Translations under genes and position numbers: made by a program | Shown here: positions 17,894-28,437 of the stretch, one piece after another | Layout of the letters: each line of letters starts with the position of its first letter | Position numbering within the stretch: position 1 is the stretch's first letter | The notes under the pieces: generated by a model | What the model was told of the DNA's origin: nothing | Database searches by the model: none | Seen by the model: only the letters and a program-made list of their open reading frames with translations | DNA from: Gemmatimonadota bacterium | Lineage (GTDB): Bacteria > Gemmatimonadota > Gemmatimonadetes > Gemmatimonadales > Gemmatimonadaceae | DNA: 35,943 bases | NCBI GenBank assembly: GCA_043748515.1 | Contig: JAYTNC010000185.1 | Coordinates: 1-35,943, forward strand | Reading direction: 5' to 3'

Positions 17894-20041
17894 ATGCGCC
17901 GTCCCGTCCTTTCGCTCGTCCTGATCCTCGCGCCCCTCGCGCTGTCGGCGCAGCGCGCCATGCAGCCCAACGACTGGTATCGCGTCACGTCGCTCGCGCA
18001 GCCGGCGATGTCGCCCGACGGCAAGCTCGTCGCCTTCACAGTGACCACGGTGAACGAGCGCGAGAACAAGCGCCACTCGGAGGTCTGGGTCGTTCCGACC
18101 GGCGGCGGCGATCCGGTGCGCTATACCGCGCCCGCGACCGAGAGCTCGAGTCCGGCCTTCTCGCCCGACGGCAAGTATCTCTTCTTCTCGTCGCAGCGCG
18201 CGGGCGGCAGCGGTCCGCGCTGGGCGATCCGCATGGACGCGCCCTCGGGCGAGGCCACGCAGGTGACCGACTACCCGACCGGCTCCTGGCCGCGCGACGG
18301 CCGCTTCGCCGTCTTCTCCGCCGCGCCCGGTCCCGACAGCGCGACCGTCGGACCGCGCGCGGAAGGTGCGCGCGCCGAAGGCGCGAGCGACGCCGACCCG
18401 TACGGCCGCATGTTACCCACCGCGCGTCCTCCGTTCGGTGCGATCACCAAGCCGGTCGACCCGGCGCGCTTCGACGGTCGCCAGATCACGGACGCGCGCT
18501 ACAAGGCCAACGGGCAAGGGTTCCTCCCCGGGCCGCGCGAAGCGCGCGTCGTGCGGCCGCCGCAGCTCTTCACGCAGACTCCCGGCGCGAAGCGCGTGCA
18601 GCTGACGCGCACCGCGTACTCGCATCGCTCGCCGGTCGTTTCGCCCGACGGCAGGTGGATCGCCTTCATCGCCGACGCCGACCTGCGCGCGGACACTGTC
18701 GTGCAGCGCAGCGCCGACTCGATCGCGCTGCTGCCATACGACGCGGTGCGTGACGAGGCCGACCGAAACGATGCCGACATCTACGTGATCCCCGTCGCCG
18801 GCGGCATGCCGCGCAAGGTCGCGACGCTGCCCGGCGCCGAGTCCGATCTGGCGTGGTCGCCCGACGGTCGCAAGCTCGCGCTGATCCATCGCCCGGGCCG
18901 CACCAAGCAGGCGCACTTCGGCGTGCTCGACGTCGCGACCGGTCAGGTCACGCCGATGGCGCGCGGGTGGCGCTACGAGCCTGCCAGCCTCGACTGGCTC
19001 CCCAACGGCGAGATCGCCGTCTCGGCCGACATCGGCGGCTCGAGCGGACTCTTCCTCGTGAATCCGCGGGACGGCAACCTGCGCGAGTCGCTGGGCGGAC
19101 GCCGGAAGATGAACGGCTTCACCTTCGATCAGGCCGGACGCCAGGTCGCGTACATCGCGTCGAGCGTCATCAAGCCGACCGAACTCTTCATCGCCGGCGC
19201 GGACGGCAAGGGCGAGCGCCGTCTCACGAGCTTCAACGACAAGCTCAACGCCGAGATCGCCTGGTCCGACGCCGAGCGCTTCACGTACAAGTCGGTCGGC
19301 GACCTCGAGATCGAAGGCTGGATGATGAAGCCGTTCGGTTACGAGGCGGGGAAGAAGTATCCGCTCGTCGTGTACATCCACGGCGGTCCGCACAGCCAGT
19401 ACGGCGAGCAGTGGTTCGACGAGACGCAGAACCTCGCGGCCGCGGGCTTCATGGTCCTCTACACCAACCCGCGCGGCTCGAGCGGCTACGGCGCCGACTT
19501 CACGTACTCGACGCGCGGCCGCTGGTTCGCCGAGGACTTCCAGGACATCATGAAGGCGACCGACATCGCCGCCGCGCGCGCCGACGTCGACTCCACGAAG
19601 ATGGGTGTGACCGGCGGGTCGTACGGCGGCGTGATGGTCGCGTGGATCACCACCAAGACCGACCGCTACAAGGCGGCGCAGGCCGACCGCATGATCAGCA
19701 ACTGGTGGTCGTGGTACGGCACGTCCGACGCGCAGGGCCTGACCGAGTTCGAGTTCTACGGCCGCCCCTGGGACAACCCGGCGATGTACGACTCGCTCTC
19801 GCCGATCCGCAACGTGCGCGCCGTCAAGACGCCGACGTTCATCCTGCAGAGCGAGGAGGATCACCGCACGCCGATGACCGACGCCGAGCAGTGGTTCGCG
19901 GCGCTCAAGCGGCAGGGGACGCCGGTCGAGTTCGTCCGGTACCCGCGCAGCACGCACGACCTGAGCCGCACCGGCGAGCCGTGGTTGCTCGTCGACCGGC
20001 TGGGAAGGCTGCGGGATTGGTTCGGGTACTGGCTGAAGTAA
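17894..20041 (+). CDS. S9 family serine peptidase (acylaminoacyl/dipeptidyl peptidase-like), secreted
   Basis: Signal peptide MRRPVLSLVLILAPLALSA, PD40/WD40-like SPDG repeats, IHGGPH, nucleophile GGSYGG, then EEDHRTP (Asp) and STHDLSR (His). Confidence 0.93.
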   Translation: MRRPVLSLVLILAPLALSAQRAMQPNDWYRVTSLAQPAMSPDGKLVAFTVTTVNERENKRHSEVWVVPTGGGDPVRYTAPATESSSPAFSPDGKYLFFSSQRAGGSGPRWAIRMDAPSGEATQVTDYPTGSWPRDGRFAVFSAAPGPDSATVGPRAEGARAEGASDADPYGRMLPTARPPFGAITKPVDPARFDGRQITDARYKANGQGFLPGPREARVVRPPQLFTQTPGAKRVQLTRTAYSHRSPVVSPDGRWIAFIADADLRADTVVQRSADSIALLPYDAVRDEADRNDADIYVIPVAGGMPRKVATLPGAESDLAWSPDGRKLALIHRPGRTKQAHFGVLDVATGQVTPMARGWRYEPASLDWLPNGEIAVSADIGGSSGLFLVNPRDGNLRESLGGRRKMNGFTFDQAGRQVAYIASSVIKPTELFIAGADGKGERRLTSFNDKLNAEIAWSDAERFTYKSVGDLEIEGWMMKPFGYEAGKKYPLVVYIHGGPHSQYGEQWFDETQNLAAAGFMVLYTNPRGSSGYGADFTYSTRGRWFAEDFQDIMKATDIAAARADVDSTKMGVTGGSYGGVMVAWITTKTDRYKAAQADRMISNWWSWYGTSDAQGLTEFEFYGRPWDNPAMYDSLSPIRNVRAVKTPTFILQSEEDHRTPMTDAEQWFAALKRQGTPVEFVRYPRSTHDLSRTGEPWLLVDRLGRLRDWFGYWLK

Positions 20042-20046
20042 CGACT

Positions 20047-20140
20047 TGAAGGACGAAGGATGAAGGATGAACGATGAAAGAGCAGCGGGGCGGCACCCAA
20101 CGGTGTCGCCCCGCTGTCGTTCATCTTTCCACTTTCATCC
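20047..20140. repeat. Second heptamer-armed inverted repeat between convergent genes
   Basis: tgaagga-cgaagga-tgaagga-tgaacga-tgaaaga (20047-20081), core CAGCGGGGCGGCACC-caac-GGTGTCGCCCCGCTG (20083-20116), then tcgttca-tctttcc-actttca-tcc. Confidence 0.88.
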
Positions 20141-20155
20141 GTGAGCCTTCCGCGT

Positions 20156-21433
20156 CTACTGGACCACTCCGCCCTTCATGACCGTGCGGACGCGATACAA
20201 AGCGGTGATGTCCCTCGTCGGATCCCCTTCCACCGCCACGAGATCCGCGAGCAGCCCCTCACGCACCGCACCGACGCGCGCATCGATCCCGAGCAGCCGC
20301 GCATTCACGCTCGTCGCCGCGCGCAGCGCCGCCGGCGCGCTCATCCCGGCCGCCACCATCAGCTCGATCTCCCATGCGTTGCGCCCGTGCGCGAAGACGC
20401 CCGCATCGCCGCCCACGCACAGCGGGACGCCCGCCGCGAGCGCCGCAGCGAAGCCCGTGCGCTTCTGCACCATGCGCGCCGTCGGCGCGGAGCCCTCCCG
20501 CCATCCCGCATGCCGCGCGGTCGCTTCCACCGCGGCGAGCGTCGCGCAGTAGCCGACGCCGCGCTCGGCCATCATCCGCCACGTCGCCGCGCTCCCACCA
20601 TCGCCATGTTCGATCATCGCGACGCCGGCGCGGATCGCGCGCTGCATCCCCTCGTCGGTCGCGGCGTGCGCCACGACCCTGCGTCCGCTCGAGGCCGCGA
20701 CCTCCACCAGCGTGCGCAGCTCCGCCTCGGAGAAGGTCGGACGCGCCTCGCCGTTCGGGCCCCAGCGATAGTCGGCGTACACCTTGATCCAGTCGGCGCC
20801 ATGTCCGATCTGGTCGCGCGCCTCGCGCGTGAGTCCCTCCACGCCGTCGGCCTCGGCGGCGCCCTGCGGCACGTCCGCTTCGGTCGCGTAGCCCTTCGGG
20901 CCATAGCTCCCCGTCGCGACGATCGCCTTCGACGTGATCAGCAGTCGCGGCCCCGGGATGATGCCCTGGTCGATCGCCTGCTTCAGTCCCTCGTCGGCGT
21001 AGCCTGCACCCTCGGTGCCGAGGTCGCGTGCCGTCGTGAAGCCGGCCATCAGCGTGGCGCGCGCATGGTTCACCGCGCGCGCGGTGCGCAGGCTCAGCGA
21101 CTCCTTGAGCACCTGATCGTTCCAGCTCGTTTCGTCGTACGGATGCAGGAATAAGTGGGTGTGCCCCTCGATCATGCCGGGCATGAGCGTCGTGCCACGG
21201 AGTTCGACGACGCGCGCGTCGGCCGGCGCACGCACCTGCGCGCGCGTGCCGACCGCCGCGATCCGGTCGCCGCGCACGAGCACGACCCAGCCGGTGCGCG
21301 CCGAATCCTCGGTGCCGAGGAAGACGCGATCGGGGACGAGGAGCGTCGTCACGGGCGCGCTCTGCCCGCCCGCGAGTCGCGCCGTGGCGCAGAGTGCGGC
21401 TGCCATCGCCAGTCCCATCATTCGTCCGTTCAT
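20156..21433 (-). CDS. Amidohydrolase family protein (Xaa-Pro dipeptidase-like), secreted
   Basis: ATG at 21433 overlaps the DUF502 stop (ATGA). Signal peptide, [39 protein letters not shown] and terminal VMKGG. Confidence 0.92.
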   Translation of the reverse strand: MNGRMMGLAMAAALCATARLAGGQSAPVTTLLVPDRVFLGTEDSARTGWVVLVRGDRIAAVGTRAQVRAPADARVVELRGTTLMPGMIEGHTHLFLHPYDETSWNDQVLKESLSLRTARAVNHARATLMAGFTTARDLGTEGAGYADEGLKQAIDQGIIPGPRLLITSKAIVATGSYGPKGYATEADVPQGAAEADGVEGLTREARDQIGHGADWIKVYADYRWGPNGEARPTFSEAELRTLVEVAASSGRRVVAHAATDEGMQRAIRAGVAMIEHGDGGSAATWRMMAERGVGYCATLAAVEATARHAGWREGSAPTARMVQKRTGFAAALAAGVPLCVGGDAGVFAHGRNAWEIELMVAAGMSAPAALRAATSVNARLLGIDARVGAVREGLLADLVAVEGDPTRDITALYRVRTVMKGGVVQ

Positions 21434-21987
21434 CGCCTCGCCTCCGGTACGTCGGTGACCCCGCCCGACACGATGAAGGCGAGCACATCCGAGCTCACCG
21501 CCTCGAGTCGCGTCACGCGGGTCGCCGGCACGACCACGAGCTGGCCGGCGAAGTTGTAGGACTGCGGGAAGTAGACCGCCACGTCGCCCGGCAGTCCGAG
21601 CGCGCCGAGCGAGGGCTGCGTGATGAAGCCGAAGGTGCGAACCGCGCCGTCGGCCGAGAGCGCGACGAGCACCGGCGTGTCGAAGCGGCGCTTCTCGCCG
21701 ACGAAGGCGTTGAGCAGGTCCTTGGTCGACGAATAGAGCAGCCGCACGAACGGCAGCCGGTCGAGCAGCGCCTCGAGCCAGCTCTCGGCCTGCGTCCAGA
21801 GGAACGACGTGCCGACGAACCCGACGAGCGTGATGCCGAGGATCGTGATCGCGAAGCCCGCGCCGGGGATCGAGAGCCCCAGCCACCCGTCGACGCGCGT
21901 GAGCACGACCCAACAGACGGCGATCGTGACCACGAGCGGCACCGTCAGCACGAGGCCGCGGAGGAAGTACGTGAGGAAGCGTTTCAT
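21430..21987 (-). CDS. DUF502 domain membrane protein
   Basis: [12 protein letters not shown]...PL..T, two TM segments, [31 protein letters not shown] and FIVSGGV. Confidence 0.9.
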   Translation of the reverse strand: MKRFLTYFLRGLVLTVPLVVTIAVCWVVLTRVDGWLGLSIPGAGFAITILGITLVGFVGTSFLWTQAESWLEALLDRLPFVRLLYSSTKDLLNAFVGEKRRFDTPVLVALSADGAVRTFGFITQPSLGALGLPGDVAVYFPQSYNFAGQLVVVPATRVTRLEAVSSDVLAFIVSGGVTDVPEARR

Positions 21988-22068
21988 GCGTCGAACCCGC
22001 AACGGGGGAGGAGGAACGCGCGTAACTTGGGGGCTGACGCAGAAGATAACCCAGAGCCCCTCGAGCCG

Positions 22069-25017
22069 ATGTCCCTCGCACTCCGCCACCGCCGCTTCCT
22101 CGCCCTGTTCGCCGCGGTCGCCGTCGCGTCCGCGGTCGCCGCGCTCGCCCCGCACGCCTCGCATGCGCAGGCGGCCCGGAAGCCGCTCACGCAGGACACC
22201 TACGACCTCTGGCGCTCGATCCTCACACCGACGCTCTCACCCGACGGGCGCTGGGCCGTTTACACGCTCTCGCCCACGGTCGGCGACGGCGAGCTCGTCG
22301 CGCGGGCGACCGGAGCCGCCACCGAGCACCGCGTCGCGCGCGGCTGGACGGGGCGTCCGCTCACGAGCGTGACCGGCACGCCCTTCTCGGCGCAGGCCGC
22401 GCAGGTCACCGCCGACTCGCGTCACGTCGTGTTCCTCAAGTATCCAGCGAAGGCCGCGATGGATTCGGCGCGCTCGCGCCGCGGCCGGCCGGCCGAGGCG
22501 CCGAAGAACGCGCTCGCGATCCTCTCGCTCGCCGACGGCAAGGTGACCGAGGTCGAGCGGGTGCGCGGGTTCCAGCTCGCCCGCGACGGTGGCCGCTTCG
22601 TCGCATACCAGATCGATGCCGACACGACGGCTGCCGCCGGTCGCGGCGCGAATGTCGGCGGCGCGGGCGCGGGCGCGGGCGCGGCTGCTGGCGTGCCGGC
22701 AGGTGCCAACGCCGCGCGCCCCGACTCGGCGCGGCCCGCCGCGCGCCGTAAGGACTCCGGCGCGCCGCTCGTGCTGCGTGAGATCGCGACCGGCACCGAG
22801 GTCCGCATCGAGGGCGTCACCAACTACACCATCGACCAGCGCGAACGTTGGCTCGTCTACAGCACCACCGGCGCCGACTCGCTCAGTGCCGACGGCGTCT
22901 TCGTCCGCAGCCTCGCGAGCGGCACGGTCACGCCGCTCAAGGTCGCGACGGGCAACTATCGCAGTCTCGCGATCGACGAGGCCGGCACCCAGGTGGCCTT
23001 CGTCACCGACGCGGATGAATGGAAGTCCGAGAAGCCGCGCGTCGCGCTGTACCACGCCTCGCTCACCGGCACGCGGCAGCGGCCGGGCGTGCAGCCCGCC
23101 ACCGTGGCCGTCACTGCGGACGCCGCAGGCGACGGCATGAAGATCGCTGATCGTGGAGCGCTCGAGTTCGTGCGGAGCGGCGGTGTGCTGCGCTTCGGCG
23201 TCGCGCACGTACAACCCGACTCGATCCCCGCCGACTCGCTCGCCGACAAGGCCGTGGTCGACCTCTGGCACTGGCGTGACACGCGCCCGCAGCCGATGCA
23301 GCGCGTGCAGGCTGGCCAGGACCGCAGCCGCAGCTACACCGCCGTCTTGCACGTCGCGACGCGGCAGATGCAGCGCCTCGCGAACGACTCGATCCCCACG
23401 GTGCAGCTCTCCGAGGACGGCAAGGTCGCCGTCGCGACCACGGGCGTGCCGTACGAGATCGACGCGATCGCCGGCGAGGACGGCAACGACATCCACGTCT
23501 TCAATACGGTGACCGGCGCATCGCGCCGCATCGCGCAGAAGGTGCAGGGCAACGGCCAGCTCTCGGCGGCCGCGCGCTTCGTCACGTGGTGGGAGAAGGG
23601 CGCCTGGCGCGTGCACGACATCGCCAATGACCGCACGCGCGACCTCACCGGCATCATCCCCAACGTGAGCTTCGCGCGAGAGATCCACGACACGCCCGGC
23701 GAGCCCGGCGCGTGGGGCGTCGGCGGCTGGACCAAGGACGACGCGCGCGTGCTCGTCTACGACCGCTACGACATCTGGGAGATCGACCCGCTCGGCGCCG
23801 TCGCGCCGCGCAATCTCACCGACGGCGCCGGGCGCCGCGACGATCTGACCTTCCGCCTCGTCGACCTCGACGCCGACCAACGCTTCTACGATCCGGCGCA
23901 GCCGCTGCTGCTCCGCGCGTTCGACAATGCGACCAAGTACGCCGGCCTCTATCGCGACCGCGTGGGCGCGACCATGCAGCCGGAACGCATCATGATGGCG
24001 CCCAAGTCGTGGCCGCTGCTGCAGAAGGCGCGCCGCGCCGAGCAGTATCTCGTCACGCGCGCCGACTATCGCGAGTTCCCCGATCTCTGGACCGGTCCGT
24101 CGTTCGACCGACTCGAGCGGATCTCGAACGCGATGCCCGAGCAGGCGCAGTATCTCTGGGGTGACGTCGAGCTCGTGAAGTGGCTCAACAGCGACGGCGT
24201 CCCCATGGAAGGCCTGCTCTACAAGCCCGAGGGATTCGATCCGTCGCTGAAGTACCCGATGCTCACGTACTTCTACGAGCAGCTCTCCGACGGGCTGTAC
24301 AACTACAATCGCCCCGCGGGCCGCAACACGATCAATCCCGTCGTGTACGCGTCGCTCGGCTACCTCGTGTTCATGCCGAACATCCACTACACGCCCGGCT
24401 ACCCCGGACCCAGCGCGGTGAAGTCGATCGTGCCGGGCGTGCAGTCGCTGATCGCGCGCGGCATCGCCGACCCGAAGAAGCTCGGGATCGGCGGACAGTC
24501 GTGGGGCGGCTACCAGACCGCATACATCATCACCGAGACGAACCTCTTCTCCGCGGCCGTGCCGAACGCGACGGTCGTGAACATGACGTCGGCCTACGGC
24601 GGCATCCGGTGGGAGACGGGCGTCGAGCGCGCGATCGTCAACTACGAGCAGGGCCAGAGCCGCATCGGCGGATCGCTCTGGGAGTATCCGGAGCGCTACA
24701 TCGAGAACTCACCGCTCTTCCGCCTCGATCGCGTCACGACGCCGGTGCTCTTCATGGCCAATGACGCCGACGGCGCCGTGCCGTGGTACCAGGGCATCGA
24801 GTTCTTCGTCGCGATGCGCCGTCTGGGCAAGGAGGCGTACATGGTCAACTACAACGGCGACGCGCACAACCCGCGGAAGTACGCGAATCAGAAGGACATC
24901 GACCGCCGCATGCAGGAGTTCTTCGCCGCCCGGCTCCTCGGCGCGCCCGAGCCCGAGTGGATGCGGCGCGGGATCCCGTTCGTCGAGAAGGGTCGCGATC
25001 AGCTCGGGCGGCCGTAG
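22069..25017 (+). CDS. Large S9 family (prolyl oligopeptidase-like) serine peptidase, secreted
   Basis: Start [14 protein letters not shown].. with a signal peptide ending SHA-QA. Beta-propeller region, nucleophile [19 protein letters not shown] (Asp) and GDAHNP (His). Confidence 0.92.
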   Translation: MSLALRHRRFLALFAAVAVASAVAALAPHASHAQAARKPLTQDTYDLWRSILTPTLSPDGRWAVYTLSPTVGDGELVARATGAATEHRVARGWTGRPLTSVTGTPFSAQAAQVTADSRHVVFLKYPAKAAMDSARSRRGRPAEAPKNALAILSLADGKVTEVERVRGFQLARDGGRFVAYQIDADTTAAAGRGANVGGAGAGAGAAAGVPAGANAARPDSARPAARRKDSGAPLVLREIATGTEVRIEGVTNYTIDQRERWLVYSTTGADSLSADGVFVRSLASGTVTPLKVATGNYRSLAIDEAGTQVAFVTDADEWKSEKPRVALYHASLTGTRQRPGVQPATVAVTADAAGDGMKIADRGALEFVRSGGVLRFGVAHVQPDSIPADSLADKAVVDLWHWRDTRPQPMQRVQAGQDRSRSYTAVLHVATRQMQRLANDSIPTVQLSEDGKVAVATTGVPYEIDAIAGEDGNDIHVFNTVTGASRRIAQKVQGNGQLSAAARFVTWWEKGAWRVHDIANDRTRDLTGIIPNVSFAREIHDTPGEPGAWGVGGWTKDDARVLVYDRYDIWEIDPLGAVAPRNLTDGAGRRDDLTFRLVDLDADQRFYDPAQPLLLRAFDNATKYAGLYRDRVGATMQPERIMMAPKSWPLLQKARRAEQYLVTRADYREFPDLWTGPSFDRLERISNAMPEQAQYLWGDVELVKWLNSDGVPMEGLLYKPEGFDPSLKYPMLTYFYEQLSDGLYNYNRPAGRNTINPVVYASLGYLVFMPNIHYTPGYPGPSAVKSIVPGVQSLIARGIADPKKLGIGGQSWGGYQTAYIITETNLFSAAVPNATVVNMTSAYGGIRWETGVERAIVNYEQGQSRIGGSLWEYPERYIENSPLFRLDRVTTPVLFMANDADGAVPWYQGIEFFVAMRRLGKEAYMVNYNGDAHNPRKYANQKDIDRRMQEFFAARLLGAPEPEWMRRGIPFVEKGRDQLGRP

Positions 25018-25044
25018 CGGCGCGCAAAAATCTGGAGACTGCCG

Positions 25045-25152
25045 TCACCACAGAGGCACAGAGGACCAGAGGACACAGAGGACACAGAGAACTGTGACGA
25101 CACCGCGATGCGATGTCCGTAGTTCTCTGTGTCCTCTGTGCCTCGGTGGTGA
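25045..25152. repeat. CACAGAGG-repeat inverted element (REP/MITE-like) between convergent genes
   Basis: Left arm TCACCACAGAGGCACAGAGGACCAGAGGACACAGAGGACACAGAGAACT, unique spacer of about 27 nt, right arm AGTTCTCTGTGTCCTCTGTGCCTCGGTGGTGA. Confidence 0.9.
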
Positions 25153-25172
25153 ACACCGTGGAAATTCGAGCC

Positions 25173-26075
25173 CTACCTCGACCCGAACGTCCTCGGCTCC
25201 AGCGTCCGCAGGTACTTCCATACCGCGACCGTCTCCACGTCCGTCATGAGCTTGGTCGCATGCACCGGCATGAACGGATCGATCGCGCTCCCGTCGGGCC
25301 GCACCCCCTCGTGCAGCGCGCGGTGGAATCCTTCGTACGTGTAGTGCCCGATCCCCGTCGGCGTGAGGTTCGCCGGCTTCGGCCAGTCCGGCGGCCCACC
25401 CGGGATCGCACCACCACCGTAGGTCACGCCGTGGCAACCCGAGCACCCGACGTCGCCGAGGTACTTGCCGTACTCGACCGTCGAATCCACCGGTACCGTG
25501 GCGACGACGCCGTCGCTGTGCGTCACGAGCTTCGACGGGAAGAGCGGAAGCACGCCGGCCGCATAGAGCGCGCGGGCCACGGGTCCCACCTTCGTTTGGG
25601 GCCGCGCGCGCTCCACTCCTGGCACCGAACGCAGGTAGGCGATGATCGTGCCGAGATCCTCGTCGGAGAGGTGCTGGTACTCGGGCGAGGGCATGAGCAT
25701 CAGGCGACGGCCATCGCTCGCGATGCCATGCCGGATCGCCACTTCGAACGCCGCATCCGAATACGCAGCGGCCGCTCCGCCCGGACCCTTCGTGAGGTTC
25801 GGCGCGTAGATGAGGCCCATCGCCGGATCGTCGATCACCACGCCGCCGCCGTAGTCCGCACCATGGCAGTCGCCGCACTTCGCGAGTGCCTTCGTGACGT
25901 GCTCGCCGCGCGCGACCGACGCGCTGTCGGTGGGAGCCCTGAACGCGTGCTCGGGCACCGGGCCTCGCGAGGCGATCTCGGAGCCCGACCAGGCGTACAG
26001 CCCGGCGACGCTGAAAACGAGGAGCAACAGCACGGCGCCGATCGCGGTGCCGGCGTACTTCACGATGCGCTTCAT
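25173..26075 (-). CDS. Membrane-anchored diheme cytochrome c
   Basis: ATG 26075 preceded by GGAGG. N-terminal TM helix and two CxxCH motifs (CGDCH, CSGCH), each followed by (P)NLT and a distal MP methionine ligand. Confidence 0.9.
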   Translation of the reverse strand: MKRIVKYAGTAIGAVLLLLVFSVAGLYAWSGSEIASRGPVPEHAFRAPTDSASVARGEHVTKALAKCGDCHGADYGGGVVIDDPAMGLIYAPNLTKGPGGAAAAYSDAAFEVAIRHGIASDGRRLMLMPSPEYQHLSDEDLGTIIAYLRSVPGVERARPQTKVGPVARALYAAGVLPLFPSKLVTHSDGVVATVPVDSTVEYGKYLGDVGCSGCHGVTYGGGAIPGGPPDWPKPANLTPTGIGHYTYEGFHRALHEGVRPDGSAIDPFMPVHATKLMTDVETVAVWKYLRTLEPRTFGSR

Positions 26076-26242
26076 CTGCAACGCGCCTCCATGCTGAGGT
26101 GACCGCACGACGACCGCAGGGGGGCGGATCGCGGCGCAGGGCATGAGTGTCGCCCCGGCCGGCGATACGGGTCGTCGCGCCACAGAGTTACAGCCGACAC
26201 ACGCGATACCGCCAGCCCCCCACCGAGCCTACTATTCACCGC

Positions 26243-28279
26243 ATGTCTGCCACTCCGAATCCTGACGCGGCCGCCACGGTCCCGTCCGCCGCCACCGCCG
26301 CCTCCGCGGCCTCCGCGGCCTCCGCGCACGCCAAGGACGCGCCGCTCAAGGATGCGCCGGCACCCGCGCCCTGGACCGTCGAGCGCGCGAAGGCGCTCTA
26401 CAACATCGAGGGGTGGGGCGACGGGTTCTTCGACGTGAATGCGGCCGGTCGCGTCGTCGTCCGGCCCGACAAGGACCGCCCTGAGCAGGTCCTCGACCTC
26501 TTCGAACTCGCGCACGACCTCGAGGCGCAGGGCGTCGGCCTGCCCGTGCTGCTCCGCTTCTCCGACATCCTCAAGGCGCGCATCGAGATGCTCCACGCGC
26601 GTTTCGCGAGCGCGATCGCCGAGTTCCAGTACGAGGGCAAGTACACGACGGTCTATCCGATCAAGGTCAACCAACAGCGGCATGTGGTCGAGGAGATCGT
26701 CGAGTTCGGGCAGGCGACCGGCGTAGGCCTCGAGTGCGGCAGCAAGCCGGAACTGCAAGCCGTGCTCGCGCTCACCGAACGCACCGACCACCTGATCATC
26801 TGCAACGGCTACAAGGACGAGGAGTTCATGCGCCTCGCCCTCATGGGCCAGAAGCTCGGCCACACCGTGCTCATCGTGATCGAGCAGGTGAGCGAGCTCG
26901 ACGTGCTCCTCCCCGTCATGAGGGAGATGGGCGTGACGCCGACGATCGGCGTGCGCATCAAGCTCTCGAGCGAAGGCTCGGGCCGCTGGGCGCAGTCGGG
27001 CGGCGAGAAGTCGAAGTTCGGACTCACCTCGGCGCAGCTCATGCAGGTGATCGATCGCCTCAAGGCGGAAGGGCTCGAGGACATCATCAAGCTGATCCAC
27101 TTCCACCTCGGCTCGCAGATCACCGACATCCGCTTCATCAAGCGCGGGCTGCAGGAAGTGAGCCGCTTCTACGTCGAGCTCCGCCGCCTCGGGCTCGACA
27201 TCCGGTACGTCGACGTCGGCGGCGGGCTCGGCGTGGACTACGACGGCACCCAGTCGACCTCGCAGGCCTCGATGAACTACTCCGCGCAGGAGTACGCGAA
27301 CGACATCGTCTACACCCTCGCCGAGACCTGTCGCGAGGAGACGCTGCCGATGCCCGACATCATCTCCGAGTCGGGACGCGCGCTCACGGCGCACCACGCG
27401 CTCCTCCTGCTCTCGGTGATCGACGTCGAGTCGGCCGCCGAGCCGCCGGTGCCGGCGCTCGCCGAGGAGGATCACGCGCTCCTGCACGAGATGGCCGACG
27501 ACCTCAAGACCGTCAGCCGCAAGAACGTCGCGATGCGACGCGTGCGCGAGATCTTCCACGACGCGATCTTCGACAAGGAGCGCGCGCAGCAGCTCTTCAA
27601 CTCGGGTGTGCTCTCGCTGCGCGAGCGCGCGATGGCCGAGTCGTTCTATCTCTGCACGCTCAACGCCGTCGGCCGACTCGCCGCCGGCCGGCGCGACCAC
27701 TTCGACGACATCATCCGCGACGTCGACGCCGCGCTCGTCGACCGCTACTTCGCGAATTTCTCGCTCTTCCAGTCGCTCCCCGACTCGTGGGCGATCGACC
27801 AGCTCTTCCCGATCATGCCGATCCACCGGCTCGACGAGGAGCCGACGCGCCACGGCACCATCCAGGACGTCACCTGCGACTCCGACGGCAAGATCGACCG
27901 GTTCATCGGCGGGCGTGACGGACAGCCCTCGATGCCGCTGCACGTCTTCCGTGACGGCGACGCGTACATCCTCGGCATCTTCCTCACCGGCGCGTATCAG
28001 GAGATCCTCGGCGACCTGCACAACCTCTTCGGGGACACCAACGCGGTGCACGTCCGGCTGCAGGGTGACCACTACGAGGTCACGCACCTCGTGCACGGCG
28101 ACACCGTGACCGAAGTGCTCAACTACGTGCAGTTCCGCGCGAGCGACCTGCTCGCGACGTTCCGCCGCAAGGTGCAGGGCGCGAAGGACCTCTCGCGCGA
28201 GGAGGCGAACATGTTCATCGCCGAGTATGTCGCGGGGCTGGAAGGCTACACGTATCTCGAGGGCGAAGCGGCGCGTTGA
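26243..28279 (+). CDS. speA: Biosynthetic arginine decarboxylase
   Basis: YNIEGWGDGFF, PLP-lysine motif VYPIKVNQ, GSKPEL, SKFGL, HFHLGSQI, DVGGGLGVDYDG, TCDSDG, GAYQEILGDLHNLFGD and GYTYLE. Confidence 0.96.
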   Translation: MSATPNPDAAATVPSAATAASAASAASAHAKDAPLKDAPAPAPWTVERAKALYNIEGWGDGFFDVNAAGRVVVRPDKDRPEQVLDLFELAHDLEAQGVGLPVLLRFSDILKARIEMLHARFASAIAEFQYEGKYTTVYPIKVNQQRHVVEEIVEFGQATGVGLECGSKPELQAVLALTERTDHLIICNGYKDEEFMRLALMGQKLGHTVLIVIEQVSELDVLLPVMREMGVTPTIGVRIKLSSEGSGRWAQSGGEKSKFGLTSAQLMQVIDRLKAEGLEDIIKLIHFHLGSQITDIRFIKRGLQEVSRFYVELRRLGLDIRYVDVGGGLGVDYDGTQSTSQASMNYSAQEYANDIVYTLAETCREETLPMPDIISESGRALTAHHALLLLSVIDVESAAEPPVPALAEEDHALLHEMADDLKTVSRKNVAMRRVREIFHDAIFDKERAQQLFNSGVLSLRERAMAESFYLCTLNAVGRLAAGRRDHFDDIIRDVDAALVDRYFANFSLFQSLPDSWAIDQLFPIMPIHRLDEEPTRHGTIQDVTCDSDGKIDRFIGGRDGQPSMPLHVFRDGDAYILGIFLTGAYQEILGDLHNLFGDTNAVHVRLQGDHYEVTHLVHGDTVTEVLNYVQFRASDLLATFRRKVQGAKDLSREEANMFIAEYVAGLEGYTYLEGEAAR

Positions 28280-28350
28280 GGCGCACGGAGGCGCACTGAG
28301 GCGCGCTGAGGCGCACTGAGGCGCGTTGAGGCGCGCTGAGGCGCGCTGCG
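28271..28350 (+). repeat. Eight tandem 10-mers, consensus GCGCRCTGAG, starting across the speA stop
   Basis: gcgcgttgag gcgcacggag gcgcactgag gcgcgctgag gcgcactgag gcgcgttgag gcgcgctgag gcgcgctgcg. Confidence 0.92.
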
Positions 28351-28437
28351 CCGCGCGCACATACAGGTACGGTCGCCCACGCGCGCCGCAGGACTTCGGC
28401 GTGAGCAACCCTCTGTCCTGCCACGGAGCGATTCCCC

